Positions 27,843-32,000 of a DNA stretch of 32,000 nt are shown here, in pieces (within the stretch, counting starts at the first letter, position 1; each line of letters opens with the position of its first letter). Source of the DNA: Synechocystis sp. PCC 6803 substr. PCC-P (GTDB taxonomy: Bacteria; Cyanobacteriota; Cyanobacteriia; Cyanobacteriales; Microcystaceae); the NCBI RefSeq assembly GCF_000284455.1, contig NC_017039.1, forward strand, positions 1,890,001-1,922,000. The letters run 5' to 3'. The notes beneath the pieces were generated by a model. It was given only the letters and a program-made list of their open reading frames with translations. It was not told the origin of the DNA and searched no databases. The translations under genes and the position numbers were made by a program.

Positions 27843-28313
27843 CTAGTAGCGGTAATGGGCAAAGGCCTTGTTGGCTTCGGCCATGCGGTGGGTTTCTTCC
27901 CGCTTTTTGATGGCGGCACCGGTTTCATTGGCGGCATCCATAATTTCGTTAGCCAATTTGCTTTCCATGGTGCGACCACCCCGAGCACGGGAAAAATGCA
28001 CCAACCAACGTAAAGCTAGGGCAGTTCCCCGGGCAGGACGAACTTCCATGGGTACTTGGTAGGTGGCACCACCAACCCGGCGGGCTTTAACTTCCACCAG
28101 GGGAGTCAAGTTTTTGATTGCCTTTTCAAACACTTCCAAGGGATCTTCGCCAGTTTTCTCACCAACGGAGGCCAAGGCATTGTAAACAATGCTAGAAGCT
28201 AAGGATTTTTTGCCGGAGCGCATTACCCTACGGATGGTCATACTCAGCAGAGTGCTGTTGTAAACGGGATCCGGGGGCACAGGGCGCTTTTTGACATTGC
28301 CACGACGAGACAT
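27843..28313 (-). CDS. rpsG: 30S ribosomal protein S7
   Basis: 156-aa ORF with MSRRG...KR...PDP.Y and [18 protein letters not shown]. Confidence 0.98.
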   Translation of the reverse strand: MSRRGNVKKRPVPPDPVYNSTLLSMTIRRVMRSGKKSLASSIVYNALASVGEKTGEDPLEVFEKAIKNLTPLVEVKARRVGGATYQVPMEVRPARGTALALRWLVHFSRARGGRTMESKLANEIMDAANETGAAIKKREETHRMAEANKAFAHYRY

Positions 28314-28463
28314 AACTTTTTACTCTTTTTGCTCTGGATAACGATTAAAAGTTGTGATTACTGCCAAACGTTTCGGGCTGGGTTGCCGAAAGTAAGGGGA
28401 GTGGTAAAGCCAGCTACACCTTCACTGGACAGGGGCGGCTAGGCTAATGGAAAGTTGGGAAAG

Positions 28464-28844
28464 TTATTTCTTCGCTTTTTCCCGTTTGGTGCCGTATTTG
28501 GAGCGACCCTGTTTGCGGTCTTTAACTCCGGTGGCGTCCAACGTGCCCCGCACAATATGGTAGCGAACCCCAGGCAAATCTTTTACCCGACCGCCCCGGA
28601 TTAGTACTACGGAGTGTTCTTGCAGGTTGTGGCCAATGCCAGGGATATAGGCAGTTACTTCAAACCCGGAGGTGAGGCGTACCCGGGCCACTTTCCGGAG
28701 GGCGGAGTTGGGCTTTTTGGGGGTGGTGGTGTAAACCCTAGTGCAGACTCCCCGCCGTTGGGGACATTGCTTGAGGGCAGGGGATTTAGTTTTCTTCTGT
28801 ACCTTCGAGCGTTCGCTACGAATTAGCTGCTGGATAGTTGGCAT
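28464..28844 (-). CDS. rpsL: 30S ribosomal protein S12
   Basis: 126-aa ORF with [28 protein letters not shown] and [16 protein letters not shown]. Confidence 0.98.
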   Translation of the reverse strand: MPTIQQLIRSERSKVQKKTKSPALKQCPQRRGVCTRVYTTTPKKPNSALRKVARVRLTSGFEVTAYIPGIGHNLQEHSVVLIRGGRVKDLPGVRYHIVRGTLDATGVKDRKQGRSKYGTKREKAKK

Positions 28845-28909
28845 GTGTTAAATATAGTGGGAATTAGGATCGTTCTCCTAATAGATAAGAAAATCATCGA
28901 CAAATTTTC

Positions 28910-28939
28910 ATCATACCGCTGCCTATTTAGCGCTGTCAA
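28910..28939 (-). promoter_or_regulatory. candidate sigma-70-type promoter for rpsL and the str operon
   Basis: The minus strand reads TTGACA (28939-28934), an 18-nt spacer, then TATGAT (28915-28910). This lies about 65 nt upstream of the rpsL ATG. The -35 box ends one nucleotide downstream of the stop codon of the upstream DUF2064-like gene. Confidence 0.45.
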
Positions 28940-28940
28940 C

Positions 28941-29576
28941 CTAAGTTTTATCTGCTGCGATGAAGGTGACGGGTAGGTATTGCAAGTCCGTGGGATGGTC
29001 TATGTCCGGTAGGGTTGGTAAGTCGTAAGGGCGATCGCCATTTTGGACAATTTTTGCCAAGGTCTGTTGGTAAACGACTCCAGTGCCCCAGTCAATTTGC
29101 TCGAAATAGGCTGGGTTGAAGTTGGTCAAGCCCATTAGATAATAACCGCCATCCAGGGCCGGCCCCAGCACTACCGGGTAATTATCCAAGGCAGTGAAGG
29201 CGGTTTGGAGTAGTTCTTGAGTAATACCAGGGCAATCAATGCCGATAATCACAACTTTGTTGCCTCCCTGCCCAAAGGCCCACTGGCAAGACTGTTGCAG
29301 GCGATCGCCTAAATCTCCAGTTCCTTGGGGTTGATAACAAAAATTAGTTCCTAGCCACTGTTCCATCTGCTGTCTAGTTCCGCCAGTGTAAAAAACAGTT
29401 ATTTGACAAGGGGCATCGGTTTGGCAGCGAAAATTATGGGCGGTTTGAACGGTATGTTCCGTCAGTTGTTGCTGTAGCTTGGCCGCTCCCCTAGAGCCAA
29501 GGGCAGGGATCAGGCGAGTTTTGGTTTTTCCGGGTTCTGGCCAACGGGTGAAAATAATTAAATGCTGTTCAGCCAT
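28941..29576 (-). CDS. DUF2064 / TIGR04282-like nucleotidyltransferase-fold protein
   Basis: 211-aa ORF. The N-terminus LIIFTRWPEPGKTKTRLIPALG and the later VIIGIDCP and DGGYYL motifs match the family pattern as I remember it. Confidence 0.75.
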   Translation of the reverse strand: MAEQHLIIFTRWPEPGKTKTRLIPALGSRGAAKLQQQLTEHTVQTAHNFRCQTDAPCQITVFYTGGTRQQMEQWLGTNFCYQPQGTGDLGDRLQQSCQWAFGQGGNKVVIIGIDCPGITQELLQTAFTALDNYPVVLGPALDGGYYLMGLTNFNPAYFEQIDWGTGVVYQQTLAKIVQNGDRPYDLPTLPDIDHPTDLQYLPVTFIAADKT

Positions 29577-29687
29577 GGAAAGTGGGGGGGCGGAGATAAA
29601 TAACTCCAGTCAACTCCGGCCATTCTGTTAATCTTGAGAACGGCTAATTTATCATAATTTTTCCAGCAGTTGTAGAGGTTACAGTCC

Positions 29688-30947
29688 ATGAAAGTGGCAG
29701 TTATTGGTAGCGGTGGACGGGAACATACTTTGGCTTGGTCGTTAGTTCGATCGCCGGAGGTGAGCCATTGCTATTGCTTGCCGGGAAATGGCGGTACTGC
29801 TGGGTTACCGAAAACAGAAAATGTGGCGATCGCCGTGGATCAACTGGGGGAAATTTGTGAATTTTGCCAAACGGAAAAGATTAATTTAGTAGTGGTGGGG
29901 CCGGAATTGCCCCTTACCCTGGGGTTGACCGATCAATTACAAGCACTGGGTATAAAAGTTTTTGGCCCCACCAAAGCCGGGGCAGAATTGGAAGCGAGTA
30001 AATCTTGGACTAAACAGTTATTAATCGAAGCGGGAGTGCCCACAGCTTTTGGGGAAACTTTCACTGAGCCAGCTCCAGCCCAGGCCTATGCCACGAAAAT
30101 GGGAGCTCCCATTGTGGTGAAAGCCGACGGTTTAGCCGCTGGTAAAGGGGTGATTGTGGCCCAAACTTCAGCCGAAGCAACCACGGCGATCGCCGAATTA
30201 TTTGACCAGGGCTTTGAAAAAATTGTGGTGGAGGAATTTTTACCGGGGGAAGAGGTGTCCGTGCTGGCCCTCTGTGACGGCAAAACAGTTATTCCCCTGC
30301 TACCAGCCCAGGACCACAAACGCATTGGGGAAGGAGACCAAGGGCTCAATACTGGTGGCATGGGAGCCTACTGCCCTGCTCCCATCGCCCCGCCAGCGGT
30401 CATAGACCAGGTGCAAAAACAAATCCTACAGCCCACTGCTAACGCTTTAGCTAAACGGGGCATTGATTACCGGGGAGTATTATATGCCGGCTTAATGGTC
30501 AGCCCCACCGGGGAAATTAAAGTGTTGGAATATAACTGTCGTTTTGGTGATCCTGAAACCCAAGCGGTGTTGCCCCTCCTGGCCACTCCTCTAGAAAAGG
30601 TATTGATGGCCTGTGTGGAACAAAACCTAGAGCAATTGGGACCTCTGCAATGGCATTCCGGTAATGCTGTTTGTGTGGTGGTGGCCGCTGGTGGTTATCC
30701 CGGCAGTTACCGCAAAGGAGATGAAATCAATGGTTTGGCTGAAGCCGAAGCTCAAGATGTTAAGGTATTCCATGCTGGCACAGAATTAAAGGAAGGCAAA
30801 GTTTTGACCAATGGAGGCCGGGTATTGGGAGTCACCGCCCTAGGAAAAGACTTATCCACGGCGATCGCCACTGCCTATCGGGGAGTAGAACAAATTGACT
30901 TTGATGGTATGTATTACCGACGGGACATCGGCCACAAAGCACTTTGA
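29688..30947 (+). CDS. purD: phosphoribosylamine-glycine ligase (GAR synthetase)
   Basis: 419-aa ORF with MKVAVIGSGGREHTLAWSL, VVKADGLAAGKGV, EYNCRFGDPETQ and GGRVLGV. Confidence 0.97.
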   Translation: MKVAVIGSGGREHTLAWSLVRSPEVSHCYCLPGNGGTAGLPKTENVAIAVDQLGEICEFCQTEKINLVVVGPELPLTLGLTDQLQALGIKVFGPTKAGAELEASKSWTKQLLIEAGVPTAFGETFTEPAPAQAYATKMGAPIVVKADGLAAGKGVIVAQTSAEATTAIAELFDQGFEKIVVEEFLPGEEVSVLALCDGKTVIPLLPAQDHKRIGEGDQGLNTGGMGAYCPAPIAPPAVIDQVQKQILQPTANALAKRGIDYRGVLYAGLMVSPTGEIKVLEYNCRFGDPETQAVLPLLATPLEKVLMACVEQNLEQLGPLQWHSGNAVCVVVAAGGYPGSYRKGDEINGLAEAEAQDVKVFHAGTELKEGKVLTNGGRVLGVTALGKDLSTAIATAYRGVEQIDFDGMYYRRDIGHKAL

Positions 30948-31151
30948 CAAGGAGTTGGGAACGGAAATTCTTCGGGGAGAATGGATTGGGGTAAAACAAA
31001 TTTCCCCTGGGGCCGGAGAGGAAAAGACCAGTGGCCTTGGCAATGGCAAAAGTAAACCAATGGTGTCCTAAAGAGATCAACCGGGAATGTTAATATACGT
31101 TGCAGTTTGCCTTGAACTACCTTCCTACATTTGCCCTTCCCCAATTTGACT

Positions 31152-31766
31152 ATGCTTCAACGTCTTGTGCACATATTGGCTTTAACTGTCTGCGGCCTTG
31201 CCGTGGTCTCCAGTTTGACTCCGTCAGTCCGGGGACAGGGGGTCACGGAGGTGGAGGAAGTGATTATCGAGGGTAGTGGTCCCGAAAATTCTAGGGAGTT
31301 TCGTCCCCTCAACCAAGAAGGTAGTATCTTGAGCGTGGGCGCCGGCCGTCGCTTAATGAATGAAGCTAATGAGGCTATTAATCTTAACCAGTACACAGTG
31401 GCTCTGGAAAAACTACAGGAAGCCCGCAAGATTTTTAACCAATTGTCCAACTTTCATCTGCAATTAGCTAATAGTTTCTCGGGCATTAACACGGTTATTT
31501 TTGAAGAACAAAGAATTGCCGCTCTGGAAACTGGTCAACTGCGGGATGAAGCTACCTACCGTTTAGCTCTAGTACATCGAGCCAACAACGAACCAGCTTT
31601 GGCGGTGCCCCTGTTGCTACAAATTATCCGTTCCCAGAATCCCACCACGGACTTGGGCAGAAAATCCTACCAACAGCTTTATGAATTGGGTTTTGTAGCT
31701 TCTCCGTTTGAGGGACCCACCCCCACTGGCACCAATGCGGCCCCTACTGCCCCGGTGGTTAATTAG
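31152..31766 (+). CDS. secreted/periplasmic hypothetical protein (track ORF starts at TTG 31131)
   Basis: From ATG 31152 the protein starts with a signal-peptide-like segment, MLQRLVHILALTVCGLAVVSS. A helical repeat-like body follows, then a Pro/Thr-rich tail. Confidence 0.55.
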   Translation: MLQRLVHILALTVCGLAVVSSLTPSVRGQGVTEVEEVIIEGSGPENSREFRPLNQEGSILSVGAGRRLMNEANEAINLNQYTVALEKLQEARKIFNQLSNFHLQLANSFSGINTVIFEEQRIAALETGQLRDEATYRLALVHRANNEPALAVPLLLQIIRSQNPTTDLGRKSYQQLYELGFVASPFEGPTPTGTNAAPTAPVVN

Positions 31767-31818
31767 CCCCAGTTGTGGTCAGCAACATCTTGACTGGACG
31801 GTGGAATGCTTACTTGGA

Positions 31819-32000
31819 TTAGGTTTGGCTAGAATATTTTTGCTCGATCGCCGTCACCAGTTGAATACAATCCAATTCTTCCGGTTTGACTTGTTCCGTA
31901 AACCAGGCGGCCAAAATTTCCTTGGCGATCGCCGGGGAAGTGGCCCGTAAACTCATTACCAGCACATTGACATCGTTCCACCAACGGGTTCCCTTGGCAG
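31819..32000 (-). CDS. C-terminal 59 codons of an unidentified protein (N-terminus beyond the window end)
   Basis: The minus-strand frame is open from the window edge to TAA at 31821-31819. My translation is ...GTRWWNDVNVLVMSLRATSPAIAKEILAAWFTEQVKPEELDCIQLVTAIEQKYSSQT. Composition is host-like and the frame contains HIP1 sites. I assign no function. Confidence 0.45.
   Translation of the reverse strand, partial: AKGTRWWNDVNVLVMSLRATSPAIAKEILAAWFTEQVKPEELDCIQLVTAIEQKYSSQT

Noticed and set aside
30832-31144. Three overlapping minus-strand ORFs (65-82 aa) in the purD 3' end and the spacer that follows
   Set aside because: They overlap each other in different frames, partly overlap purD, and have no RBS or recognisable sequence features.

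Overview
This is a cyanobacterial chromosomal segment. The HIP1 octamer GCGATCGC recurs throughout, and gene content and order match what I remember of Synechocystis sp. PCC 6803; I cannot verify that here. Most of the window is housekeeping. It holds pyrG (partial), desB, pdxH, scpA, ffh, gatB, a class A penicillin-binding protein, nnr, hypB, an LD-carboxypeptidase, a pentapeptide-repeat protein and a TRAP-type transporter operon (gtrABC-like). It also holds the str/S10 ribosomal cluster rpsL-rpsG-fusA-tuf-rpsJ, a DUF2064-like gene, purD and a secreted hypothetical protein. By eye I found no rRNA, tRNA or CRISPR array. Four accessory or unusual items stand out. (1) A low-GC two-gene cassette at 7465-8509 sits between scpA and ffh. 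A Cys-less YgiT/MqsA-like small protein is translationally coupled to a 267-aa protein with a PUR-like N-terminus and a restriction-endonuclease-like C-terminus; this is my best candidate for an undescribed toxin/defence-type module. (2) A small DUF6883-like/DUF4926-like gene pair lies at 1241-1853. (3) An 835-aa fusion joins a cNMP-binding-like domain, a catalytically degenerate sigma-54-type AAA+ domain and a NapH-like membrane polyferredoxin, in a phylum that lacks sigma-54. (4) A 946-bp ISY100-like (IS630/Tc1-mariner) element with TA target duplication has its transposase split at an A9 run carrying the A-AAA-AAG -1 slippery motif. All domain calls come from reading the translations by eye and need profile or structure searches to confirm.
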